Shown piece by piece: positions 23,980 through 35,370 of a stretch of 64,000 bases of DNA. Each line of letters opens with the position of its first letter. Positions within the stretch are counted from its first letter, which is position 1. The notes below the pieces were generated by a model, which had not been told where the DNA came from, made no database searches, and saw nothing but the letters and a program-made list of their open reading frames with translations. The stretch is from contig NIVC01002552.1 in NCBI GenBank assembly GCA_002269645.1, positions 72,435 through 136,434 of the forward strand. Direction: 5' to 3'. The stretch is from Macrostomum lignano (lineage: Eukaryota). The position numbers were made by a program, and so were the translations under genes.

Positions 23980-25140
23980 ATCTTAAAATCTAAAAAATCT
24001 CTTATCAACCTTGAAATCCTTCTAACCCTAACCCATAAGGCTCATTCCATGAGTGTGTCACACATGGGTTCATTTTTTTATTGTAACATTTTCTTCATTT
24101 TTTATGTTTTTGAATGCACAAATATATATATTTTTAGTTTCTACTAGCAATCTACGCCCCCCGTTGGGGAGCCAAAGAAATGCAATACACGTTTTTTTAA
24201 TAAGCTACATGTATCCTTGAAATCTTAAAAAACCTCCTGTCAAACCTTGTAAGCCTTGACATGTCAGTAATCCCCCCCCACAAGCTTTAACATATCAACT
24301 TCCCCCCTTGACATCTCAGCAATGCCCCCAATAAGCCTTGGAAATCTAAAAATATCTGTCAACCTTCTAACCCTAACGCTAGCCTAACCCTAACCCTAAC
24401 CCTAACCCTAACCCAACCCTAAAGCATTGAAATTTCAGTAATTCTCTCTAAGAGTCATTATAGCACTACTACAGTATTATAGCGAATCCCTGTAAGCCTC
24501 GACATCGTAGGGATTCCCAAATGAATATCTTAACTTCGACATGAAGCTTCTTTTATTTTTTACATTACGCTTTTTTTATCAGCGATCCCTCCCCTGAGGA
24601 GGCATCAAATAATGTAATAAAAAGTTTTCAATAAACTACATGTAGCTTCTGACTTTAGCCTTGATATCTTATTTATACCCCCGTGAGCCTTGACATCTAA
24701 GCTATTCCCCCCGTAAGCCTTGACATGTCAGCGATGGCCCCCATAAACCTTGAAATCTAAAAAATCCCCTGTTAACCTTGAAACCCGCTAAAATCTAACC
24801 CTCGACCCACACCTGACCTAAACCTAACTTTAACCCAACCTAAAGCCTTGAAATCTCAGAAATTCTTCTCCCCTAAGCCTTGACATTTTAGTGATTCCTT
24901 CTTTAAGAATCACAGCACTATAACGATTTCCACCAAGCTTTGACATCGTTGCGATTCCCAAATAAATCTTTTAACTTTGACATGACTTTTATTTTATGTA
25001 TACATAGTGCTACTTTTATTTTTTACATGACTCTTCTTCTATCAGCGCCCCCCGTGTCGAGCCAACAAATAATGCAATAAAAAAATTGAGTAAAGTAAAT
25101 GAACTTTGAAGTAGCTTCTGACTTTTGCTTTGACATCTCA
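23980..25140. repeat. Degenerate ~460-bp tandem macro-repeat (about 3 units) with telomere-like (CCCTAA)n tracts
   Basis: Related blocks recur near 24145, 24578 and 25040 (AGCG.CCCCC...AAATAATGCAATA...TAGCTTCTGACTTT). Cleanest (CCCTAA)n is at 24383-24414. Confidence 0.65.
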
Positions 25141-25329
25141 GAAACCCCCCCCCCCCGTAATCTCAGTTATTCCCTGAGACCCTTTACGTCTCAGTTTTTC
25201 TCCCCAGCACAGCATTATAGCTGCATTTAATTTTTACATGACACCCTTCATGTCTGACATGATGCTTCTTTTATTCTACCATGATGCTTCTTAATTTTTT
25301 AAATGACACTTTCATTAGTTTTAAATGAG

Positions 25330-26565
25330 GCTCCTATGATTATTTCATGACGCTTCTACGATTTCTGCAGGAGGCTTCAATGATTTTTACATGACGCCTC
25401 TATGATTTTTACATGACGCTTCTATGATTTTCATATGACGCTTCTATGATTTTTTACATGACGCTTTTATGATTTTTTACATGACGCTTTTATGATTTTT
25501 ACATGACGCTTCTATGATTGTTTACATGACGCTTCTATGATTTTTTACATGGCGCTTCTATGATTGTTTACATGACGCTTCTATGATTTTTACATGACGC
25601 TTCTATGATTGTTTACATGATGCTTCTACGATTTTTATATGACGCTTCTATGATATTTTAAATGGCGCTTCTATGATTTTTTAATGACGCTTCTATGATT
25701 TTTTACATGACGCTTCTGTGATTGTTTACATGACTCTTCTATGATTGTTTACATGACGCTTCTATGATTGTTTACATGACGCTTCTATGATTGTTTACAT
25801 GACGCTTCTTTGATTGTTTACATGACGCTTCTATGATTGTTTACATGACGCTTCTATGATTGTTTACATGACGCTTCTATGATTGTTTACATGACGCTTC
25901 TAAGATTTTTTACATGACGCTTCTACGATTTTTTACATGACGCTTCTATGATTGTTTACATGACGCTTCTATGATTTTTTAAATGACGCTTCTATGATTT
26001 TTATATGACGCTTCTATGATTTTTTACATGACGCTTCTATGATTGTTTACATGACGCTTCTACGATTTTTTTAAATGACGCATCTATGATTTTTATATGA
26101 CGCTTCTATGATTTTTTAAATGACGCTTCTATGATTGTTTACATGACGCTTCTATCATTTTTTACATGACGCTTCTATGATTTTTTAAATGATGCTTCTA
26201 TGATTTTTTAAATGACGCTTCTATGATTGTTTACATGACGCTTCTATGATTTTTTACATGACTCTTCTATGATTTTTTAAATGACGCTTCTATGATTTTT
26301 ACATGACGCTTCTATGATTGTTTAAATGACGCTTCTATGATTGTTTACATGACGCTTCTACGATTGTTTACATGACGCTTCTATGATTGTTTACATGACG
26401 CTTCTATGATTTTTTAAATGACGCTTCTATGATTGTTTACATGACGCTTCTATGATTTTTTACATGACGCTTCTATGATTTTTAAATGATGCTTCTATGA
26501 TTTTGTAAATGACGCTTCTATGATTGTTTACATGACGCTTCTATGATTTTTACATGACGCTTCTT
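25330..26565. repeat. Minisatellite, 21-23-bp unit (ACATGACGCTTCTATGATTGTTT/TTTTT)
   Basis: Roughly 55 tandem copies. Confidence 0.97.
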
Positions 26566-27868
26566 TTTAAAAAGTCTTTTAGTTTTCCTGACGTTGAAAA
26601 GCTTTAATTAAAAAAATTATACTCTATGAAAATTCAAACCATCGTCACTGCATTTAGCAGTTCAGTTTGTTCACCTTTAGGCTAGCTCTCATCGTTTTGA
26701 TAACATCAACTTTTGCACTTATATAACTCAACACTTTTAAATCCAAGCATAGAGTAAATCACACGAAGCAGTTATGACATAATCAGTTTCTCAGTCAGTC
26801 AGTATCAGTTAACAATATGGTTACGCAATTTAAATCAAGTCTGGTGCTACGCTTCCACACTGCATTTTCAATTCAAGTCGGAGTTACAATTCAGTTATGA
26901 TGCAATCTATTTCAGAGTCAGAATTCAACCAGTCAGTTTTTTCTCTAGCATTCTTACAAATGCATTTCAAGTCAAAAAGTTTGCTTGACCTTTGCAAAAA
27001 AGCATGTTTTTCGAATATTTAATGCCTTTAGCATCGAGCAATTTCTTAGCCACGATGCATGTACCGTCACGGGAAAATTTCTGATCTAACAGCGCAAGTT
27101 CGAACAAAATCGGTCCAGCCATTTTTTCTCTAATATATCACATATATATATATATATATAGACATCACATTTTTAGTATATAGGATTGGCTAATATCAAT
27201 TTTTTTGCACATATTATTTAAATAAAGCTCTAGTCTATATAGTACCTCATGTGGCCCATGACAAACACAATTGACATTGTCTTTTTCCTACTTAATAAAA
27301 TATTTCATTCAAAATATTTGTATAATATAAATTATGTATTTATTTGATAAAGTATTTACCTATGTTCTTTAAGAAAATAGACTTAAGAATATATTAGAAA
27401 GATGGCTAAGTATGGCTAATTTCCAGTTTGTGTATTGATTTTTATGGCTCTAAGATCACAAAGACCGAAGAAAACACAAAAAACAATTCACTCCCCTTTA
27501 CCTTTGAGTTCTTCAACTTCGACCGTCACATGCACAATAAGCTGAATTAATTGAGAATCAAAAACTTCTGTGTCACAAGTTAAACAAGTTCAAAAGATCT
27601 AGTTGGTTATTATTTTTTTATGAAAAAAAGGCTGCAAAACCCCTTTTTCATATATTTTTTTGTGAAATTAATGTACCAACCTTCGACTATCACACTCGTG
27701 GAAATAGCCATAACCCAAACCTAACCTAAACCTAACCTTTACCCTAATGCCTTGATATCTCAAAAATATTTGTATAATTATTTACATTTGTTATTTGCCA
27801 TGAGCCTTGACATCTTAATAACTCTCCCCTAAAAGCATACATGTGCAACCTTCAGAATCACTTGGTTG

Positions 27869-27970
27869 TTTCTATTGGCAACATACACATATAAGTTGCT
27901 ATTGGCTAAGAGTAGTCACATGATTACTATTCTGTCCAATAGCAACTTACATGTGTGTTGCCAATAGAAA
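27869..27970. repeat. Palindromic hairpin with ~36-bp arms (probable MITE core)
   Basis: TTTCTATTGGCAACATACACATATAAGTTGCTATTGG ... CCAATAGCAACTTACATGTGTGTTGCCAATAGAAA; weaker symmetry extends to ~27835-28005. Confidence 0.85.
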
Positions 27971-28430
27971 TGGCTAGGTGAATCCCTAGGTTGTACCCAA
28001 GCATGCCTAAAAGTCAAAGCAAGTTTATATAAGGCTTTTTATTTTCAACATTACATTTTTTAGTTTGTATGATGCTTTTTTAGCTTTGAAATGATAATCT
28101 TTTTGACATAAGGCTATTTTATATTTTACATGATATTTATTTTTTATATAACACTTCTTTTATTTTTAATAAGGCTTCTTTTACTTTTTACACAACACTT
28201 CTTCTATTTTGTTGTTTTAAAAAGCATGCTTTTCAAATATTTAACATATGTATACATAGCAGACTTTAAGCTCTGCTGATCTAATGATAGCAAACTTTAT
28301 GCTCTGCTATATATTCAGTTGTTTTAAATTCATAAGTAGGCCTAGCTATATGAAAAATATAGAGCTAGAAGTTTGACATAGATTGCTTTTTGCAGTTTTG
28401 TTTTATCTATTATGCCATGGTTAAAACATT

Positions 28431-29176
28431 ATGTATTGGTTTCCCGACAGACATTCAGACAGACATTCAGAAATCGTTCATTAAATGTTTAACAAAATTG
28501 TCTATTTATTACGCAAGATACTGTGAATTTATAGAAACTTTTACGCATGTCTCTGCTTTAAAAAGACACCTTAGACACACACAAAGATGCTTCACAAGCT
28601 GAGATATTCCTTAGCAACTGTTGTTACGACGTTTCCCAATATACTGAATACTGTATATAGTAGTTTTTTGAGAAGCTGCTACATCGTCCCACTTTGGTCT
28701 TTCTGCATGAAATTTGCACAGCTGTTTTACGCATGTCTCTGCTTTAAAAAGACACCTCAGACACACACAAAGACGCTTCACAAGCTGAGATATTCCCTAG
28801 CAACTGTTGTTACGACGTTTCCCAATATACCGAATACTGTATATAGTAGTTTTTTGAGAAGCCGCTACATCGTCCCACTTTGATCTTTCTGCATGAAATT
28901 TGCACAGCTGTTTTACGTATGTCTCTGCTTTAAAAAGACACCTCAGACACACACAAAGATGCTTCACAAGCTGAGATATTCCCTAGCAACTGTTGTTACG
29001 ACGTTTCCCAATATACCGAATACTGTATATAGTAGTTTTTTGAGAAGCCGCTACATCGTCCCACTTTGATCTTTCTGCATGAAATTTGCACAGCTGTTTT
29101 ACGCATGTCTCTGCTTTAAAAAGACACCTCAGACACACACAAAGACGCTTCACAAGCTGAGATATTCCCTAGCAAC
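28431..29176. repeat. Left TIR: ~110-bp unique end plus ~3.4 copies of a 186-bp unit
   Basis: Unit starts at 28541, 28727, 28913 and 29099 (186-bp spacing). Confidence 0.95.
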
Positions 29177-30738
29177 GGTTGCCTGAAGGCATGCTCATAT
29201 CTAACTTGCATTTGGACACCGGCATGGAATGTACGTTATACTTGTATTTGCCTTCTATCGATCTGAAGCACTTTACTTTAGGCAGATCTATCAGCAATAT
29301 TAACACTGTACAGGAGGCAGTTTTTCTTTATGTACATTCGTTGTCATTTTGCCATGTACATTACGCAAGAGGCCTAACACAGAATATGCCTGCACCCTGT
29401 TTTGGTATATAATCTTTCTCACTAACAAGCTCATTTTGACAATATGGATGAATTGTCTCTGCTGACTACAATATCTCTATCTTATATTGGCAAGAGTACA
29501 ATAAGCACTAGCATATTTTGGTACTTAATTCATCTGACAGTTTTTTTTCGGCATAAGGTTGTCAATATACATTTTGGCTTTGTTCCTGGTCACCATCTCA
29601 ATGAGTTTCCCTACCAAGGAAGAAGTAAGCATTTTTTTGGCTTTGTGAGAGACTGACGTCTATGAATGGCTATATAGGCAAGGACCATTGTAGTGCGAGA
29701 AGAAGGACTCGGCACTCACGAACTACGGAAAAATTTTTGAAGGCTGATTTTCCGCAGGCTTCGTGTCTGACTACCAGTGCGCCATTTTTGTGCAACCACA
29801 TAAATTTGTGCTTTATTCATGCTTATTGCTCTGCTCATTTTTGATGCATGTTGTGCACGTAATTACATGCATACATGTAATTTTTTCTATTAAATTTTTT
29901 TCAATAAATGGCTACAAGCACTAGACTTTCAAGATTTTCAAGTACGAGACACCTCGTGCAATATGCCATAATTGCCATAAATTAATTGCCATAATTGCTT
30001 ACTGAGAACCTCTCATCACAATGTATCACAGAAGAAATCAGCCGGCAGAAGTGAGCTGCAGAGATGCAAACTGATACAATATACAAAAAGCATTAGCCGT
30101 ATCACTGCACTATCAGAGGACAGTACAAAAATCTTTGTAAGTGGCAAGCATCACTAAACTGGGTGGTAAGGTCAGCCAATGGCCAATGTTCTTTAAAAAT
30201 TCAGCTGCTAATGTAGTCAAAAAATCATCTTAATGTCTGTATCTGAAGAGGCAGCATCAAACTGAAAATCAGCCTTCAAAAATTTTTACGTGGTTTGTGA
30301 GTGTCGAGTCCTTTTTCTACAGTGGTCCTTGTATGTACATGTAGGTTTTGCAATGTAATTTGGAGTGCTAAATTATGGCTTACTACTGTTGACTTACTTC
30401 CCAGATCGACGATGCCGTCTCTTGGGCAAGGAAGGCGCACTCCATTCCTAAAGATTACCGAAATCGAGATCCTATTTTCTCGTTTTTATGCTCGCGACTG
30501 GGAATGAGAAATAACTTAAGAAATCGTATGACTATGTGGAATTGGCTTCGGAAAGCCACATCTACATGTAGTACCCGATGTTCGCCCGGACAACCTCCTC
30601 ATGAAGATGAGTCTTGTTTCCAACAGAACAGCAATTCTTTTAGACCTCATAGCTCCACTGAATATCAGCCAACCAGTGGCCATGCTGAAGCCCAGCCAGC
30701 AGCTGGCCAGGCGACCAACAATGAGAGAGCCGGAAGTC

Positions 30739-30805
30739 CTGAAGGGACTCCTGAAGGGACTCCTGAAGGGACTCCTGAAGGGACTCTTGAAGGGACTCCT
30801 GAAGG
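30739..30805 (+). repeat. 12-bp coding repeat (GAAGGGACTCCT; EGTP) within the transposase ORF
   Basis: About 5 copies; translates as (PEGT)n. Confidence 0.9.
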
Positions 30806-32744
30806 GCAACTTGTTATGGACTGCTCCTCAAGGAATGAAGTGACAGCGACAGTGACAATATCGATTAACGCTATAAGGAAGATTAATTTACAAATCAATA
30901 ATTCCAAGTATGTTTTTTCGAAGCCAGCACTAAATGAAGCTCTCTGCAAATCATTGAGATCTGTATCGTCTTGTTGCCTGCGCATGAGGGGTTACTATCA
31001 TATTAGTGCGGTTGAATCTAGAAAAAAATCTACGAATTTCTGGACAGTAAGGGCTGCGTGCAAGATGCAGGGGTGCAAGAGAGAACTTACTTTTGTAATG
31101 AAGGAAGAACCCCAATCGCAAGAACGCTAGGAGTGGCACGTCATCGGACGAGGTCTCTTTGACCACTCGAAAGCCAAATCATCAACTTTTAGAAGAATAA
31201 CAGAGGATGAGGAAGAAAATTTCACAAAACTTGTCGCAGAGCATGGGGCGTCTGGAGCGCATCGAAAGCTGTCCAGTGAAGATCAGCACATGCGTCACGT
31301 CTTGAGCAAAAACTTTGACTCATGCAAATCGAAATTTGTAATGGAAAGAATAGCCAAAAAGGTAAATGAGGCGAAATTACTACATAAGGACGTTAATATG
31401 GAATTACTCATTATGCAGACTGCTCTACAAGAAGAATACCCACACGAGTACTTGCTGGGAATAGTTAGAGAGCACTGCGCTGATCCCCTGCGTGTCATTT
31501 TGTACTCTGGTTACCAACTGCAATATTTAATCGACCTAATACAGGAAAATGAGCTTAATGTTCTTCATATTAATGCCACCGGATCGATAATTAAAAAAAA
31601 CGGATTATATCGGACGCGTATTCCTGTACTCTATTGTAACAACAGCTACCAACTGCGTGAAATCTGTCTCAATAGCAGACTGCATTACAAACGGACATTC
31701 TGTTGCATCAATAGCACATTTCTTGCGTGTTCTGCACCATCATATCGTCAACATGATGTCACGGTTTAGGCAAGCCTACGTACCAATCCTATGGGTGACA
31801 GACTTTTCCTGGGCACTGATACATAGCTGCTTTGAATTCCACCAATGCGATGTGGAGACGTATTTAAATATGCAATATCACTATTTCCGAAAAAGCCAAC
31901 ACTTCTGTCACAGTTACGGGGTAATGCTCTGTACAAATCATCTAATGCATTCAGTAAGCCAGTATCTAAAGCAGAAGAAGTATTCAAAGCGAATCAAGGA
32001 CACTTTTTTGAGATACTTCTACAGAGTTATGACTATTAAGGTTGTAGAAGAAGTTAAGTCAACAATTCGGGATGCAATGAACATTTTTTTGACAAAGTCT
32101 GCGAAAGTATGTCAGCGTATAATGTCCAAACCCTATAACAGCAAAGATGATAAGCAAGGGACCAACTCAGACGGACAGTCAGAGGAAGGAGATCACGAAG
32201 ACAATGACAGTACTAATGAGGACAAAACGAATAGTTCATTATACAAACAATTGCCCTTTTATGAGTACTTTAATGCATGGAGGACATCAATCGCTAATAG
32301 CACTGTGGAAGTGGAGGAAGTTGCTATCGATAACAAATTGCATTCACCGGAAATAGTCGAAATGTTTGTCATCCGATACCTCTCCTACTTTCCCTTATGG
32401 GCTGCCTGCGTCTGGAACCATGAATTCTTGGAAAGCCGCGTGAAGTCTCCTTTTTCAAATGCTCACATTGAGAGCTGGTTTAAGAGAATAAAATCCAAAT
32501 TTCAGCTACCCGTCTCTGTCGCAGAGTTCTCGAAATTAACCGCAAGTTTCTGTCATGAAAGGATAAAGAGGCGAAATTACTTCGGCAAGTTGCTCCACCA
32601 CGATTTTGCCAACGAAAAAGGAAGGCCGCGGCGGAGATAGCTGATGGGGCTGAAGAAAGCTGGGGCAAAAAACGATGCAGATACTCAAACAGTAGGCAGA
32701 CACCACGAACAAAGTCACAGCCTCCCCCCTGTAAGTTTCCAAAA

Positions 32745-33065
32745 TCGCCACTCGACTCTCAGCAACCGCCACGCGACTCTCAGCAACCGCCACACGACTC
32801 TCAGCAACCACCACGCGACTCTCAGCAACCGCCAAGCGACTCTTAGCAACCGCCACGCGACTCTCAGCAACTGCCACGCGAGTCTCAGCAACCGCCACGC
32901 GACTCTCAGCAACCGCCACGCGACTCTCAGCAACCGCCACGCGACTCTCAGCAACCGCCACGCAAGTCTCAGCAACCGCCATGCGACTCTCAGCAACTGC
33001 CACGCGACTCTTAGCAACCGCCATGCGACTCTCAGCAACTGCCACGCGACTTTCAGCAACCGCCC
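32745..33065. repeat. 21-bp minisatellite (GCGACTCTCAGCAACCGCCAC) in a transposase intron
   Basis: About 15 copies between the donor CCT|GTAAGT (32731) and a probable acceptor TTTCAG near 33056. Confidence 0.93.
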
Positions 33066-34529
33066 AGCTCAAAAATTTTGGCTCTACGAGATGTAAGAGG
33101 AACGCCAATTTCAGAAGAGCAATTAGCATCACTCAATGGTACGAACTGGCTGGACTATGTGGTAAGAAATTTGTAGGAAATTTAATAATTTAAATTAATT
33201 TAATGTGTAGTATATTAGTACGTAATTAGTACGTAATTTAATGTGTAGAAGGTATTAAAAATATTATCAGGTTGTGTATGGCTACTTGACTGCAATTGCT
33301 AGCGGAGCAGATGGAGTTGCTATGCAGCAGAGCGATTTTCTTTCCTTGCTAGACGGTGGTAGCAAAGGCTCTCAGCACATTGAATCTCTTCGGAACTATT
33401 TCCTTGGTCGAGCGGTAAGCATAATGTGAAATTTTAACTTTCAATCTGATGTTGGTTTCACCATCGACCATTGCTACGAGTATAGTTGATATCCACATGC
33501 AGAGGTGGAACAATCCTGCAACAATTCTATAATTCTGAAGAATTAATTATAAAAAATTTTAGACAGTGAAGAAAATTCTGGTCCCGATGCTTACGCAAAG
33601 CCATTTTTGGCTTTTGGCTGTGTTCTTTGATGATCTCACAGTGCACTATCTGGACTCCATACGTCGGAGTGACAGAAGAAAGCAACTGGCATTGAACTAT
33701 ACTGCCAAATTGAAGTAGGTAAAATGTACACGAGAAGGAGGGCTTTGAAATTTGCAAGGCATATTAACTGAACTTACGTGCCATTTTCTAATTTTAGTGA
33801 GCTCCTTGCTTCTTCAGCTGCTTCTACGTTTCTCCCTGAGCAGATGGAGCACCTTAGGGGTAGAAAGTTTAGAAGTGTAGTAAGAATGTGCACCCAGCAA
33901 AAAGATACGTTTTCATGTGGCGTTCTGACCTGCTTATTTGGCTGCAATTTGTTTCTTGATAAGTGCACTGTGTTGTCTGCGTTCACTGCGCAGAAATTGA
34001 GCGCCGCTTGCCAGCACATTAAAAATACTGTGATTAATTTCATGGAAGAAACTGAGCAACCCATTTGCAGGTTCTGTGGCTTGGAGGAGCCCGCTGGCCG
34101 AAGGAAGCGAATTGAATGGGTAAATTAATGCGATGTAAAATACCCATGCATTTTATATGTACATGTACAACAGTAAGGGATTCAACCAGCTTGCAAGACC
34201 TTTTCTGCATCATTTTAGATTGAATGCCCCTCCTGCCTCTTTTGGTACCACAAAATCTGTTGGAACAGCTGGAAAAGCACGGCAAATGTTTGCTCCGATT
34301 GCGCCAGACTTGATGCATAAAATGCTGACTGTGTTGAATAAAGAAAGGGACAATGCAGTTATCGCGGATCAAGTCGGACGTGATATTTATGGGGTGTTTT
34401 ATGTTTCGTTGCACGAAATGTTTTGATGCTTATTTTCTGTAGTTTGATTCTCAGTTGCTGACGGGATTACCCCATCCTGAGTCGATAACATTAATTCTGT
34501 TCGATTTTACTAATGTGCACTGTGCACTA

Positions 34530-35370
34530 ATTTCATGCAGAAAGACCAAAGTGGGACGATGTAGCGGCTTCTCAAAAAACTACTATATACAGTATTCGGT
34601 ATATTGGGAAACGTCGTAACAACAGTTGCTAGGGAATATCTCAGCTTGTGAAGCATCTTTGTGTGTGTCTGAGGTGTCTTTTTAAAGCAGAGACATGCGT
34701 AAAACAGCTGTGCAAATTTCATGCAGAAAGATCAAAGTGGGACGATGTAGCGGCTTCTCAAAAAACTACTATATACAGTATTTGGTATATTGGGAAACGT
34801 CGTAACAACAGTTGCTAGGGAATATCTCAGCTTGTGAAGCGTCTTTGTGTGTGTCTGAGGTGTCTTTTTAAAGCAGAGACATGCGTAAAACAGCTGTGCA
34901 AATTTCATGTAGAAAGATCAAAGTGGGACGATGTAGCGGCTTCTCAAAAAACTACTATATACAGTATTCAGTATATTGGGAAACGTCGTAACAACAGTTG
35001 CTAGGGAATATCTCAGCTTGTGAAGCATCTTTGTGTGTGTCTGAGGTGTCTTTTTAAAGCAGAGACATGCGTAAAACAGCTGTGCAAATTTCATGCAGAA
35101 AGATCAAAGTGGGACGATGTAGCGGCTTCTCAAAAAACTACTATATACAGTATTCAGTATATTGGGAAATGTCGTAACAACAGTTGCTAGGGAATATCTC
35201 AGCTTGTGAAGCGTCTTTGTGTGTGTCTGAGGTGTCTTTTTAAAGAAGAGACATGCATAAAAGTTTCTATAAATTCACAGTATCTTGCGTAATAAATAGA
35301 CAATTTTGTTAAACATTTACTGAACGATTTCTGAATGTCTGTCTGAATGTCTGTCGGGAAACCAATACAT
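34530..35370. repeat. Right TIR: ~4 copies of the 186-bp unit (inverted) plus unique end
   Basis: Reverse complement of the left TIR; same 186-bp spacing. Confidence 0.95.

Larger units (their letters stand above)
30405..34320 (+). pseudogene. MULE/NOF-type transposase fused to a Ulp1 (C48) SUMO protease and a PHD finger; multi-exon and currently disrupted
   Basis: Transposase motifs LHI(N)ATGS, WVTDFSWALIHS, LCTNH, SNAHIESWFKRIK, EESWGKK. Ulp1 motifs SLNGTNWLDYV|VVYGYL, KILVPMLTQSHFWLLAV..VHYLDS, QQKDTFSCG. PHD: CRFC...W|IECPSCLFWYHKIC...CSDC*. Lesions: TAG at 31128-31130, frameshifts in A-runs at 31593-31600 and 32615-32619, and N at the expected first catalytic D. Confidence 0.85.
28431..35370 (+). 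mobile_element. Full-length Foldback/NOF-like (Rehavkus-type MULE) DNA transposon, ~6.94 kb
   Basis: Termini ATGTATTGGTTTCCCGACAGACATTCAG / CTGAATGTCTGTCGGGAAACCAATACAT. 9-bp TSD TAAAACATT at 28422-28430 and 35371-35379 (alternatively an 11-bp TSD with TG..CA ends). Long TIRs made of 186-bp tandem units enclose a transposase-Ulp1-PHD gene. Confidence 0.92.

Noticed and set aside
28541-29176. Regularly spaced repeats resembling a CRISPR array (also other arrays)
   Set aside because: Units are contiguous tandem copies without unique spacers, there are no cas genes, and the context is eukaryotic.
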